From a virus (lineage: Duplodnaviria; Caudoviricetes), in IMG/VR virus record IMGVR_UViG_3300021399_000009, positions 32,001 to 96,000 of that record: a stretch of 64,000 nucleotides of DNA; one strand, given 5' to 3'. Position numbers and translations under genes: made by a program. This document shows positions 18,828 through 27,317 of this stretch, piece by piece. The notes beneath the pieces were generated by a model. That model made no database searches, was not told the origin of the DNA, and saw only the letters and a program-made list of their open reading frames with translations. The first letter of the stretch is position 1; every line of letters starts with the position of its first letter.

Positions 18828-18996
18828 CGAGAATATTTACAATGAAGTTACAGAAGCAGTAATGTCAAATGGGCGTTACTGTCCGTGTCGCCTCGAAAAA
18901 ACTCCTGATACTCTTTGTCCTTGTAAAGAATTTAGAGAGCAAACTGAAATAGGAGAGTGCCATTGTGGTCGCTTCTGTAAAATAGAGGAGAACTAA
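18799..18996 (+). CDS. Ferredoxin-thioredoxin reductase catalytic-subunit-like protein
   Basis: YCPCR...CPC...CHCG signature. Confidence 0.85.
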   Translation: MSLKIIKNPDENIYNEVTEAVMSNGRYCPCRLEKTPDTLCPCKEFREQTEIGECHCGRFCKIEEN

Positions 18997-18997
18997 T

Positions 18998-19246
18998 ATG
19001 TGCGAAGAGTGTAGACACAACCCTTGTGTTCCAGCTTGTCCAAATTACGAACCACCTATAGCATATGAATGTGATAATTGCGGTGGTGCTATTTACGCAG
19101 GAGACACAGTTTACGTACTCAATAATAATCATTATTGTGAATACTGCTGTTACAAGACCGAAGCAGAAATACCAGAGCCAGATGATGATGATTTGATGTA
19201 CGAACGTTGGCGTGATAGAAAGTGGGAGCAAGAACACGATGTTTGA
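18998..19246 (+). CDS. Cys-rich hypothetical protein
   Basis: CEEC..PC...CP, CDNC, CEYC; GAGGAG RBS. Confidence 0.7.
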   Translation: MCEECRHNPCVPACPNYEPPIAYECDNCGGAIYAGDTVYVLNNNHYCEYCCYKTEAEIPEPDDDDLMYERWRDRKWEQEHDV

Positions 19247-19439
19247 TGAAACAGTTTGTAGTGAATTTACAATTGATAAGAATTATTTCTTATGGTTAAC
19301 ATACACTACCGAAAGCGGCAAAGTATGGTATATCACATCTAATAAGCAACGGACTGAATATCAGCTCTGGAAGGAAAACAAGAAAACAAAATACAAAAGT
19401 GACAATCCAACTGACCTTTATAAGTATATTAAAGAATAA
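19239..19439 (+). CDS. Hypothetical phage protein
   Basis: GGAG RBS before ATG 19239. Confidence 0.6.
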   Translation: MFDETVCSEFTIDKNYFLWLTYTTESGKVWYITSNKQRTEYQLWKENKKTKYKSDNPTDLYKYIKE

Positions 19440-19453
19440 TGGAGGAATAAAAA

Positions 19454-19723
19454 ATGAATAACGAAAAGATTATGGGATTTGACCACGCACTTGCTGATAT
19501 TGACAAACAGATTGAAGGACTGTATGCAAAGAGAGCAGAAATCGAAAACAGAATGGAACAGGTAAGAAAGGAGGCAGAAGAAAAGCACAAGGCAGAACGA
19601 ACGGAGGCGTATCAGACAATCGAGGAATTGATTGATAACTACAATGAAAAGTATCACGGTAGTCTTGTGTTAATGGAGCGTTTTGATGTCAATAAATTGC
19701 TTTCTCGATACGGACTTATATGA
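19454..19723 (+). CDS. Coiled-coil hypothetical protein
   Basis: GGAGG RBS; charged heptad pattern. Confidence 0.7.
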   Translation: MNNEKIMGFDHALADIDKQIEGLYAKRAEIENRMEQVRKEAEEKHKAERTEAYQTIEELIDNYNEKYHGSLVLMERFDVNKLLSRYGLI

Positions 19724-19726
19724 GGT

Positions 19727-20314
19727 ATGAAAATGAAGATTGGTATAGATATAGATTGTGTTTGTGTTAATACAACAGAGTGTCTTGTTAATTATATTAA
19801 TGAACGTTTACCAGTTAATCTTAACCTCAATGATATAACTACATATTCCATCGAAGCTGCTCTCCCAGAGCAGTATCGATGGATTGTAGATGCTGGATTC
19901 AGAGATTCAAAAATGTGGAAGAAGATTGAAATGATACCATACTGTGCCGAAACAATCGAACAGTTATACAAAGATGGTTTTGAAATCTATTTTGTAACAA
20001 GTTCACTTCCTGAGAATCTAAGAAAGAAAATTAATCATCTGACAAGAAATATGCCGTTCTTTCCAAAGGACTTTGTATGGCGACATACAATCAATATACA
20101 AGACAAGAGCTTACTTGACTTAGACATCCTAATTGATGATTGCTTGGGACACCTTTTAAATGAACGTAGACATTACAAGTCTATCGCTCTTGACTATCCT
20201 TGGAATCAGCTTGATGAATCTAATGAACCAAATGATTTTTATAGATGCAAGAACTGGCGAGAGATATACTATTTAATCAAAGACATCGAAGACATCGAAA
20301 GGAACTGCTTCTAA
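19727..20314 (+). CDS. 5'(3')-deoxyribonucleotidase (HAD/NT5C family)
   Basis: IGIDID, FVTS, ILIDD, YPWN. Confidence 0.85.
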   Translation: MKMKIGIDIDCVCVNTTECLVNYINERLPVNLNLNDITTYSIEAALPEQYRWIVDAGFRDSKMWKKIEMIPYCAETIEQLYKDGFEIYFVTSSLPENLRKKINHLTRNMPFFPKDFVWRHTINIQDKSLLDLDILIDDCLGHLLNERRHYKSIALDYPWNQLDESNEPNDFYRCKNWREIYYLIKDIEDIERNCF

Positions 20315-20370
20315 AAGAGCATAACGGATATAGTTGGTGACATAATATACATATATAAGGAGAGATAATA

Positions 20371-20805
20371 ATGGAAGTTAATATTACTAAATTAAACACA
20401 AATGCAACAATTCCCACAAGAGGTAGCTCTCAGGCTGCTGGATATGACCTTTATGCTTGCATTGATGAGCCTGTTGTGATTTATCCACACTCTACCGTTA
20501 AGATTGGCACGGGTCTTGCTATTGAAATTCCCGAAGGATATTTCGGTGCTATATTTGCAAGAAGCGGACTTGCAACAAAGAAAGGTCTTAGACCATCAAA
20601 TTGCGTGGGTGTGGTGGACAGTGACTACAGAGGCGAATGTATAGTTGCACTTCACAATGATACAGATGTGTATATGTCAATTGAACCGCATGAACGAATG
20701 GCACAGCTTGTGATACAGCCTTATCTTTCGGTTGAATTTACTGAGGTTGATGAATTATCAAATACAGAACGTGGCTCTGGTGGTTTTGGTTCTTCGGGCA
20801 AGTAA
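20371..20805 (+). CDS. dut: Trimeric dUTPase
   Basis: AGYDL, RSGLA, GVVDSDYRGE, AQLV, RGSGGFGSSG. Confidence 0.97.
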   Translation: MEVNITKLNTNATIPTRGSSQAAGYDLYACIDEPVVIYPHSTVKIGTGLAIEIPEGYFGAIFARSGLATKKGLRPSNCVGVVDSDYRGECIVALHNDTDVYMSIEPHERMAQLVIQPYLSVEFTEVDELSNTERGSGGFGSSGK

Positions 20806-20831
20806 ACTAAATTCACGTTGGGAGGAAGTAT

Positions 20832-20930
20832 ATGAACGAACAAGACTGGTTGCAAGCTATAGTTTCAATACTTATACTTCGCAACGTAATCACAAAAGAA
20901 GAAGGAGAAAAAATTAAGGGGAGCAAATAA
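20832..20930 (+). CDS. 32-aa small protein, candidate recombination directionality factor
   Basis: GGGAGG RBS; MNEQDWLQAIVSILILRNVITKEEGEKIKGSK; last early gene, facing the integrase. Confidence 0.5.
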   Translation: MNEQDWLQAIVSILILRNVITKEEGEKIKGSK

Positions 20931-20944
20931 GCTCCCCTTAATTT
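20911..20944. terminator. Bidirectional terminator between the converging arms
   Basis: AAATTAAGGGGAGC-aaataa-GCTCCCCTTAATTT, 14-bp stem. Confidence 0.85.
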
Positions 20945-22668
20945 ATTATTATAGATATATTAACGTGATATGTAAATATAACATTGTTCTTTCCGAATAT
21001 TCTAATAACATTTAATTGTTGTTCTGGTATCATTTTACAGAAGATGACCCCAGAACTACGATTAAACGAGCAATGAGATTCGCCAAAATTCATTATAATA
21101 TTAAGCTCCATGTTTTTCTTATCAACTGATGTTACCTCTATACGTTCTAAAAACATACCTACAAGAATGTCAACTTCTTTTTGTGTCAACTTTCCATTGA
21201 GTATATCATTAATAGTTTTTCTTACTTGAACTAATCTTTTTTCAATGTCTTTATATGAGGATTGATTATCTACTAACGATTTACGTTTATGTTCAAGTTC
21301 ATCAAGTTCGGTACTTAAACTATCATTTCGTTTTTTAAAATCTACTTTGTTTATATCTCCGCTCATATATAAATCTAATAGCATTTCTTTCTTGTGTTCT
21401 ATATTATTCTGTTGTGCAACAATCTTGTCGATTGATTCCTTTGAGTTATTGTCGCTTAAAGCAGCTTTACATAATGACATAAATTTGTCAGTGTAATCAC
21501 TTAGATTCTTTAAGTTTGTAACAAAACATTTTGAAAGAATATCATATATTTCTGTTTCATAAATAGCAAATGTAGGACAAGTAGCCGAACCCTTGCTTCT
21601 CTTTTCTCTACATATATATTGATAGATATTTTGACCTTTGTGTAGCCTGTGACTATAACTTGTTCGCCAGAATGGGGCTTGACAATGTGTACAAAACAGT
21701 TTGCCCGAAAGAACGGAAGTCGTTTTCTGTCCTCGACCTCTACTCTTTACTTCTTCACTTCTTGCTTTAAATAAACAATTTGCCTTATTCCAAAGTTCTT
21801 CGCTTACAATGGCAGGAACAATTTCACCTGTTTCGTCTTTGTAGACTATCCAATCACTCTCAGGCAAAAACACTTGTTCCTTGGTTCGATAATCAGCTAT
21901 CTTTACCTTGTTACCACAGTAGTACCCCTTGTACTTAGGATTGTTTAAAATACCAGATATGGTATTGTGACTAATTGGAGTACCGTTTCTTGAAGTAATC
22001 CCTTTTGCGGTAAGCTGACGTTGAATTTCTCGTAAAGCATATATTCCTGTCGCATACTGTTCAAATATAAACCTTACTATTTCAGCTTCTTTTTCATTGA
22101 TAATCAATCTACCATTGAACTTATCATATCCATAGATACGACTATTACCCATAACAACGCCCTTCTGAATAGATTGCTTGTGTCCAAACTTAACTCTTTC
22201 AGATAACTTACGCACTTCATCTTGTGCAATAGAAGCCATTATGGTTAAACGAAACTCAGCATCACTATCTACTGTATTTATATTGTCGTTTTGAAAGAAT
22301 ACACCCACACCATTTCGCAACAGCTCTCTTGTATAAGTCAAGCTATCAATTGTATTTCTTGCAAAACGAGATACCTCTTTTGTAAGAATTAAATCAAATT
22401 TGCCATTCTTACCATCCTCAATCATACGCATAAAGTTCTCACGATTGGCTGCTGATTCACCACGAACTCTATCAACATATCCTTCAATATATGTCCAGTT
22501 AGGATGCTCTTTTATCATTTTATCAAAGTGCTCTATCTGATGTTCAACAGAACTATCCTGTTCTTCTTTGAGTGTTGACACTCTAACATAATAAGTAACT
22601 TTTATATCAAGGTCAAAGATTGTTTTATGGTTCTGCCTCATATAATTAACAGTACTATAAATGTCCAT
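20938..22668 (-). CDS. Large serine recombinase (integrase)
   Basis: YVRVST catalytic Ser, SRFARN, recombinase domain (YGY, LNNPKYKG, PAIVSEELW), zinc ribbon CTHC..C..C, coiled coil. Confidence 0.95.
   Translation of the reverse strand: MDIYSTVNYMRQNHKTIFDLDIKVTYYVRVSTLKEEQDSSVEHQIEHFDKMIKEHPNWTYIEGYVDRVRGESAANRENFMRMIEDGKNGKFDLILTKEVSRFARNTIDSLTYTRELLRNGVGVFFQNDNINTVDSDAEFRLTIMASIAQDEVRKLSERVKFGHKQSIQKGVVMGNSRIYGYDKFNGRLIINEKEAEIVRFIFEQYATGIYALREIQRQLTAKGITSRNGTPISHNTISGILNNPKYKGYYCGNKVKIADYRTKEQVFLPESDWIVYKDETGEIVPAIVSEELWNKANCLFKARSEEVKSRGRGQKTTSVLSGKLFCTHCQAPFWRTSYSHRLHKGQNIYQYICREKRSKGSATCPTFAIYETEIYDILSKCFVTNLKNLSDYTDKFMSLCKAALSDNNSKESIDKIVAQQNNIEHKKEMLLDLYMSGDINKVDFKKRNDSLSTELDELEHKRKSLVDNQSSYKDIEKRLVQVRKTINDILNGKLTQKEVDILVGMFLERIEVTSVDKKNMELNIIMNFGESHCSFNRSSGVIFCKMIPEQQLNVIRIFGKNNVIFTYHVNISIIIN
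21011..21066. other. Putative attP site inside the integrase 3' end
   Basis: Imperfect inverted repeat with 26-bp arms, 21/26 matching, around a central ACAG. Confidence 0.65.
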
Positions 22669-22690
22669 AACATCGCCCCCCCTTAATATA

Positions 22691-22720
22691 ATTATACCAT
22701 AGAAAATATAGATAAATCAA
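22691..22720 (-). promoter_or_regulatory. sigA-type promoter of the integrase
   Basis: Minus strand TTGATT, 18 bp, TGG-TATAAT, just upstream of a G-rich RBS. Confidence 0.7.
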
Positions 22721-22721
22721 G

Positions 22722-22768
22722 AAAAAAATAGGGGATAACAAGTTTTATTTTTACTTGTTATCCCCTAT
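22722..22768 (-). terminator. Late-operon terminator
   Basis: 16-bp stem ATAGGGGATAACAAGT/ACTTGTTATCCCCTAT followed by a T-run on the minus strand. Confidence 0.85.
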
Positions 22769-22771
22769 AAA

Positions 22772-22894
22772 TTATCCAAAAAGAAGCTCCTTAATTTTCT
22801 GCCAAATAGACTTCTGTTCTGTTTTTGGTAACGTTTTTGTACCAGATTTTTTTCTCCAATATTTTTTCTTTTTAACTGTAATCTTCTGTCCCAT
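22772..22894 (-). CDS. 40-aa highly basic peptide closing the lysis cassette
   Basis: GAGGTG RBS; MGQKITVKKKKYWRKKSGTKTLPKTEQKSIWQKIKELLFG. Confidence 0.55.
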   Translation of the reverse strand: MGQKITVKKKKYWRKKSGTKTLPKTEQKSIWQKIKELLFG

Positions 22895-23171
22895 ATACAC
22901 CCACCTCGTTTCCATATCCGACAACTGCCGTATTTATTCCATCCGAGTCTTGACTAATCTCAACCTCAGTTTCTTCTACATATTCAAATTCATTAATAAA
23001 CCTTTGAGTTTTAATAAGTAGACAAGCTGTTATCAATAAGCAGATAACTAATATAGTAAATGCAATAACAAGTCCAATTGTCATCTTGGTCATATATTTA
23101 TCAAATCTTTGTTGTGCCAAAATATAATTATCTTTCCATTTTTTATTCTCACACGCTTTGCAATCAGACAT
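22872..23171 (-). CDS. Single-TM membrane protein (lysis region)
   Basis: One long hydrophobic helix, acidic C-terminus; GAGGTG RBS. Confidence 0.7.
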   Translation of the reverse strand: MSDCKACENKKWKDNYILAQQRFDKYMTKMTIGLVIAFTILVICLLITACLLIKTQRFINEFEYVEETEVEISQDSDGINTAVVGYGNEVGVYGTEDYS

Positions 23172-23184
23172 AATTATCACCTCT

Positions 23185-23439
23185 TTACTGCTTCAAAATC
23201 AAATTCATAATAGCCATAACAATAGCTCCTCCAGCAGTACCTAAAGTTGCATATACACCCTTTATGAGCATTGACATCTGAGAAGTTAATTTAGTCAATG
23301 TTATTTTTAACTCAGCCAGTTCTGTGGCTGAATCGGCATGACGTTCATTACAATCATCTTTACGAACAAATATTTCATTAGCTATTTCTGAACGCATATA
23401 TATATCGTCAAGTTTAGCTAAATCTTCTGGACTAAGCAT
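23185..23439 (-). CDS. XhlA/holin-like protein
   Basis: Coiled coil plus C-terminal TM, located after the endolysin. Confidence 0.6.
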   Translation of the reverse strand: MLSPEDLAKLDDIYMRSEIANEIFVRKDDCNERHADSATELAELKITLTKLTSQMSMLIKGVYATLGTAGGAIVMAIMNLILKQ

Positions 23440-23447
23440 AATACCCC

Positions 23448-24245
23448 TCACTTTCTTATTAATACATTCCAATCGCCACCGCCTAAATAACCAACTCCTA
23501 AACCATTATCTTCCTGCCACTTGTATATGGCACTCATAGTTTTATTGCCAGCTATTCCGTCAGCTTCGCCAGAATTATATCCAAGCTGATTAAGTCTGTC
23601 CTGTACCCATTTAATAAGATTTCCTTTATCACCATTTTCAACCGTATACTTTCTTACGGCAGTAAGTGTCTTGTTTCCAGCGATACCATCCACGACAAGA
23701 TTCGCTCCACCATTATTTAACGTCTGTTGCAAGGACGCTATATCTGCACCAGTCTCAATGTTTGAAGGCGATACCGTATTCTCTCCTGCAAATACAGTAC
23801 CTCTCTGAAATGTTTTAATCCAATCATTCTTAGGCGTATTGCCATAAGTATATTCATTGCCAAACCAATGATTAACTACAATGCCATTAATAGTGTATTT
23901 TTCACAATCACGGGTATCAACGTGACAACTATTTGGTAACATTAAACCTATACCACCGAAGCCAAGTCTTTCAGCTACTTCTGCAATGTCCCAAGAGGTA
24001 TACCAAGAACCATCTTTCTTCTGCACTTTTATATCAGCAGCTATACCTCTACGGTGAGCATCAGTTTTACTTCCCCACGGATTGTTCTCACAACGATAAC
24101 CTGAGTTGACGAATATAGCTTTCGCATCCATAATAGTAAACATCTTTTCAAGCCTGTTTATAAGAAGTTTAGACATAGCGTGTGAATGTCCGCAACACTC
24201 ACAGTTAAATTCGCTCTGCGAAAAATGAGTTGATAAATCTCCCAT
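23448..24245 (-). CDS. Endolysin: peptidase M15 with peptidoglycan-binding domains
   Basis: HF..SEF.C.C, NSGYRC, SxxxH..G.AAD, HVD; two DGIAG.KT repeats. Confidence 0.9.
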   Translation of the reverse strand: MGDLSTHFSQSEFNCECCGHSHAMSKLLINRLEKMFTIMDAKAIFVNSGYRCENNPWGSKTDAHRRGIAADIKVQKKDGSWYTSWDIAEVAERLGFGGIGLMLPNSCHVDTRDCEKYTINGIVVNHWFGNEYTYGNTPKNDWIKTFQRGTVFAGENTVSPSNIETGADIASLQQTLNNGGANLVVDGIAGNKTLTAVRKYTVENGDKGNLIKWVQDRLNQLGYNSGEADGIAGNKTMSAIYKWQEDNGLGVGYLGGGDWNVLIRK

Positions 24246-24247
24246 AC

Positions 24248-24445
24248 TTATTCTCCTTTCTCATTATTCTTTTTGTTGTTCTGATAATTAAAGAAAAAAT
24301 TGTAACACATAGTTACTAAAATCAAAAATTCTTTTGACTCTATCTTACCCTCTGCGAATCCCCAACAGAGGAATATTGTAAGAAGTAGTGTAAGAATTGA
24401 TTTAAGGTCTATGAGTTTACAGATTTTTGCAAATAAATTTTTCAT
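24248..24445 (-). CDS. Holin
   Basis: 65 aa, two TM helices, charged tail, upstream of the endolysin. Confidence 0.75.
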   Translation of the reverse strand: MKNLFAKICKLIDLKSILTLLLTIFLCWGFAEGKIESKEFLILVTMCYNFFFNYQNNKKNNEKGE

Positions 24446-24465
24446 AACACCACCTCGTTATAATA

Positions 24466-24492
24466 AAAGAGGGTAGAATAAACTACCCTCTT
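24466..24492 (-). terminator. Hairpin terminator before the lysis cassette
   Basis: AAGAGGGTAG/CTACCCTCTT stem with T-run on the minus strand. Confidence 0.65.
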
Positions 24493-24553
24493 GTTGTTTA
24501 ATATTGTTGTGATTGATTTTATCTTCCTGTGTAGTCACGGAGTTTGTAGAATA

Positions 24554-25456
24554 TTAGACCTTACTTGAATATGATGCATTTATTCTTATCTCGTTATATT
24601 CTTCCTTTGTATAATATGGAAATAAATTTCCGCTTGGAGTTATCAAAGCAAAGGAAGGTTCTTCTACACCATTTAATATATTTCTATATATACAAGGCAG
24701 TATATAACCTATTGAAGATGTTCCGCCGTTTGGAATATTTGCTACTGCATTTTCTTTTACAAGATGGTTTCCAGATGGAACACAAAAACTTGCACAAATT
24801 GTTACTATACCTCCAACAATTCTTGACTTATTATAATATATTGTCGAATTATTTAGAGATTTAAGTGATATTGGCTTAGCAAATTCACTTAACACATCAT
24901 CAATAGCGTTTATAAAATCAGTAGGCATAGCAACTTGCTTAGCTTTGATAATATAGTTGACACCTACGGCTTTGACTTCGGTAGTTTCACCATGACGACC
25001 AATGACAATTTCTCCAATAGTACCTACTCCTGATTGTCCATCGTCTGTCACAGGTACTATATGTATATCTCCACTTTGGTGATACGTGTTAGTCAAATGT
25101 GTTCTATGCATATGGTTTTGCACTCTATCCTCAACAAACTCGCCAAGAGAAACACCATCTGCATCATAGTGAACACTACTTTTTCCGCTTAAACCTACAC
25201 CCTTTGTTGTAGCTTCTCGTAAATCTGGAATATTAAATGTTGTGCTTCCATCACCTGTACCAAATGCTGTTCCAATGGCTTTAAATAAGTCTGCATACTC
25301 AGTTCTACTTACTGCTTGTCCTTGACACAAAAGCCAACCTGACGGAGCAGTAGTGCCACCATATGCTTGAATTGAACCTATCGGAGCATCTGCATATAAT
25401 GTTCCACCAGCAATTCTTTGTAAAGAACCGTCTTCTTTAACTACGTTTACACTCAT
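24554..25456 (-). CDS. Tail fibre protein with phage tail collar domain
   Basis: PIGSI..YGG..APSGWLLCQG..VSR..YA.LF.AIGT.FG.GDGSTTFNIPDLR, VNYIIKA. Confidence 0.9.
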   Translation of the reverse strand: MSVNVVKEDGSLQRIAGGTLYADAPIGSIQAYGGTTAPSGWLLCQGQAVSRTEYADLFKAIGTAFGTGDGSTTFNIPDLREATTKGVGLSGKSSVHYDADGVSLGEFVEDRVQNHMHRTHLTNTYHQSGDIHIVPVTDDGQSGVGTIGEIVIGRHGETTEVKAVGVNYIIKAKQVAMPTDFINAIDDVLSEFAKPISLKSLNNSTIYYNKSRIVGGIVTICASFCVPSGNHLVKENAVANIPNGGTSSIGYILPCIYRNILNGVEEPSFALITPSGNLFPYYTKEEYNEIRINASYSSKV

Positions 25457-25474
25457 ATTGTTTTACCTCCTTAA

Positions 25475-27298
25475 TTATACAGTATACGCTCCATATACTG
25501 TACCTGTAATATAAGAATTAACGGGGAATTGGTCACTACCCCAAGTACCTGTACTTCCATCTGTTTGATACATTCTTGCAGGTGTCCAAAATTGATTTGT
25601 AGCCGAAGCCATAGCACCAAAGCCCATATTATCAATAAAAACAGCACCAGTTGGTGTAAAAAATATCAAATTAGAATTGTTGCTTATTGGAGTTATATAT
25701 GGTATATCTGGTAGTAAAGTCTTTAATAAATCTCTATTTAAACCCCAATTAAAAGTAGATGTCATAGTATTCGTATTTATTCTGGCTGAAAATTTTATTT
25801 CAGCTATTCCATTTTTTAAAGTGATTGACACACGACCGTACCCTGTAATTTCACCTGCACTACTATTGATTATAAAGCCAGAACCCTCATAAGTTCGAGA
25901 TTGTACCTTTTGAAATTCATCATATACCGCATTACTTGTAACAGGGTGCATATCGCCATTAGTAACAGCATCCACTACAACATTTGGGTCACTCTCATCA
26001 TCAGTAATGTTTACTTGTTTATAAGTAAGTTTTTCTTCGGTGGTGAGTGCATCCCATTCTGCCTGAGTTCCAGTAAATTCCTTCGGTATATCTGAATATG
26101 TAGCCATACGTTCGGTAGTCTGATTTGCCTCATCTCCGGCATAATATACCGTACTGGGAAAATAAGAAGAAGAAAACAGTAAAGGAGGAGTGGCTGATAT
26201 ACTGGTATTTGTACTTGAAGTACCCGATTCACTTGAATCCCAATTAAGTTCATTTCTTACTGTATCTACATACATTAAAGCTAAAGTTTTTTCAGGAACA
26301 GAATAATGATTTGTCCAAGTCTCTCTATCCATATATAAATCAGGATATGTTTCTATATCTATACGGTTATTAGCTTGGTCTGGATGTACTGTAAAATATT
26401 GTGAAAGATATGCAACTTTTTCATCAAAAGACATTCCAGATGAAAAGTTTACTTCTATTGTACCAGCTTTGCCAGTAACAACCTCTTTAGTTCTATAAAA
26501 TGTGTTTTTTACATCTGCGGTTGGAAGTTCATTAACATCTATAATGGCTTCTGAATCGCCGCCTGTTTTAAGTTGAATTAATGTCTGTGTTTTAGAATTT
26601 CCAACATAATACAGCTGATTAATTACTCCTTTTCTACAAGGCTTTTCAATATTATTAAACACAGAAACGCTACCGCCTACATAGATTATACCAACATTAC
26701 CAGCTCTGGGAGCTATAGCTTTTATTTCTATCCATTGATTATCCTCATACAAGTAAAGCATAGAGGTTGGAATAGCAAATAAGTATTCTAAATAACCCGA
26801 CTCAGCAGGAGATAACCATTCGTGAGGTATAGAAGGTTCGGCATTGAGAAAATCCTCAATTGATTGTTTGGTTTCATTTACAGTAGTTCCCCTAATACAA
26901 AATGTTGTATCAACATAAGTTATTTCATCTTTAATTACATATATTAAATCCTTAATGTTTCCAGCGGTGGGTAATTCTTCCACGTATTCCACAGCAGTAT
27001 TAGGACTTACTTCTAATTGATTCCAGTTATACGTACCATTACTTTGTACACACTCATAGAAATAGCCTTTAGTATAAGTTCCACTCTCACCAGTATACTG
27101 ATAAATATTTCCTAATTCGTCAGCACTTGCAAGAGGAAGTTCTTCTTTCTGAATACTCTGTCCGTCAAATGTTTTTTCACTCAGTCTTGTTCCGTCTGCA
27201 AACCATACATCTTCTGCATAAGCAACAGGGAATGTTCCTAAATGTTCACTATCTACATAGTTATTAGGTCTTGCTGTATCTGCTAATTTAACTGCCAT
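25475..27298 (-). CDS. Tail fibre / receptor-binding protein
   Basis: Repeated ELPT motifs, FTGTQAEWDAL and PVTSNAV fibre motifs; position. Confidence 0.7.
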   Translation of the reverse strand: MAVKLADTARPNNYVDSEHLGTFPVAYAEDVWFADGTRLSEKTFDGQSIQKEELPLASADELGNIYQYTGESGTYTKGYFYECVQSNGTYNWNQLEVSPNTAVEYVEELPTAGNIKDLIYVIKDEITYVDTTFCIRGTTVNETKQSIEDFLNAEPSIPHEWLSPAESGYLEYLFAIPTSMLYLYEDNQWIEIKAIAPRAGNVGIIYVGGSVSVFNNIEKPCRKGVINQLYYVGNSKTQTLIQLKTGGDSEAIIDVNELPTADVKNTFYRTKEVVTGKAGTIEVNFSSGMSFDEKVAYLSQYFTVHPDQANNRIDIETYPDLYMDRETWTNHYSVPEKTLALMYVDTVRNELNWDSSESGTSSTNTSISATPPLLFSSSYFPSTVYYAGDEANQTTERMATYSDIPKEFTGTQAEWDALTTEEKLTYKQVNITDDESDPNVVVDAVTNGDMHPVTSNAVYDEFQKVQSRTYEGSGFIINSSAGEITGYGRVSITLKNGIAEIKFSARINTNTMTSTFNWGLNRDLLKTLLPDIPYITPISNNSNLIFFTPTGAVFIDNMGFGAMASATNQFWTPARMYQTDGSTGTWGSDQFPVNSYITGTVYGAYTV

Positions 27299-27317
27299 TT
27301 ATTTCTCACCTCTCTTA

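Noticed and set aside
20732-20917. 61-aa ORF overlapping dut
   Set aside because: No RBS; the 20832-20930 frame has the strong RBS instead.
22708-22720. Possible operator copy (ATAGATAAATCAA) at the integrase -35
   Set aside because: Only the ATAAATCA core matches, which is too weak in AT-rich DNA.
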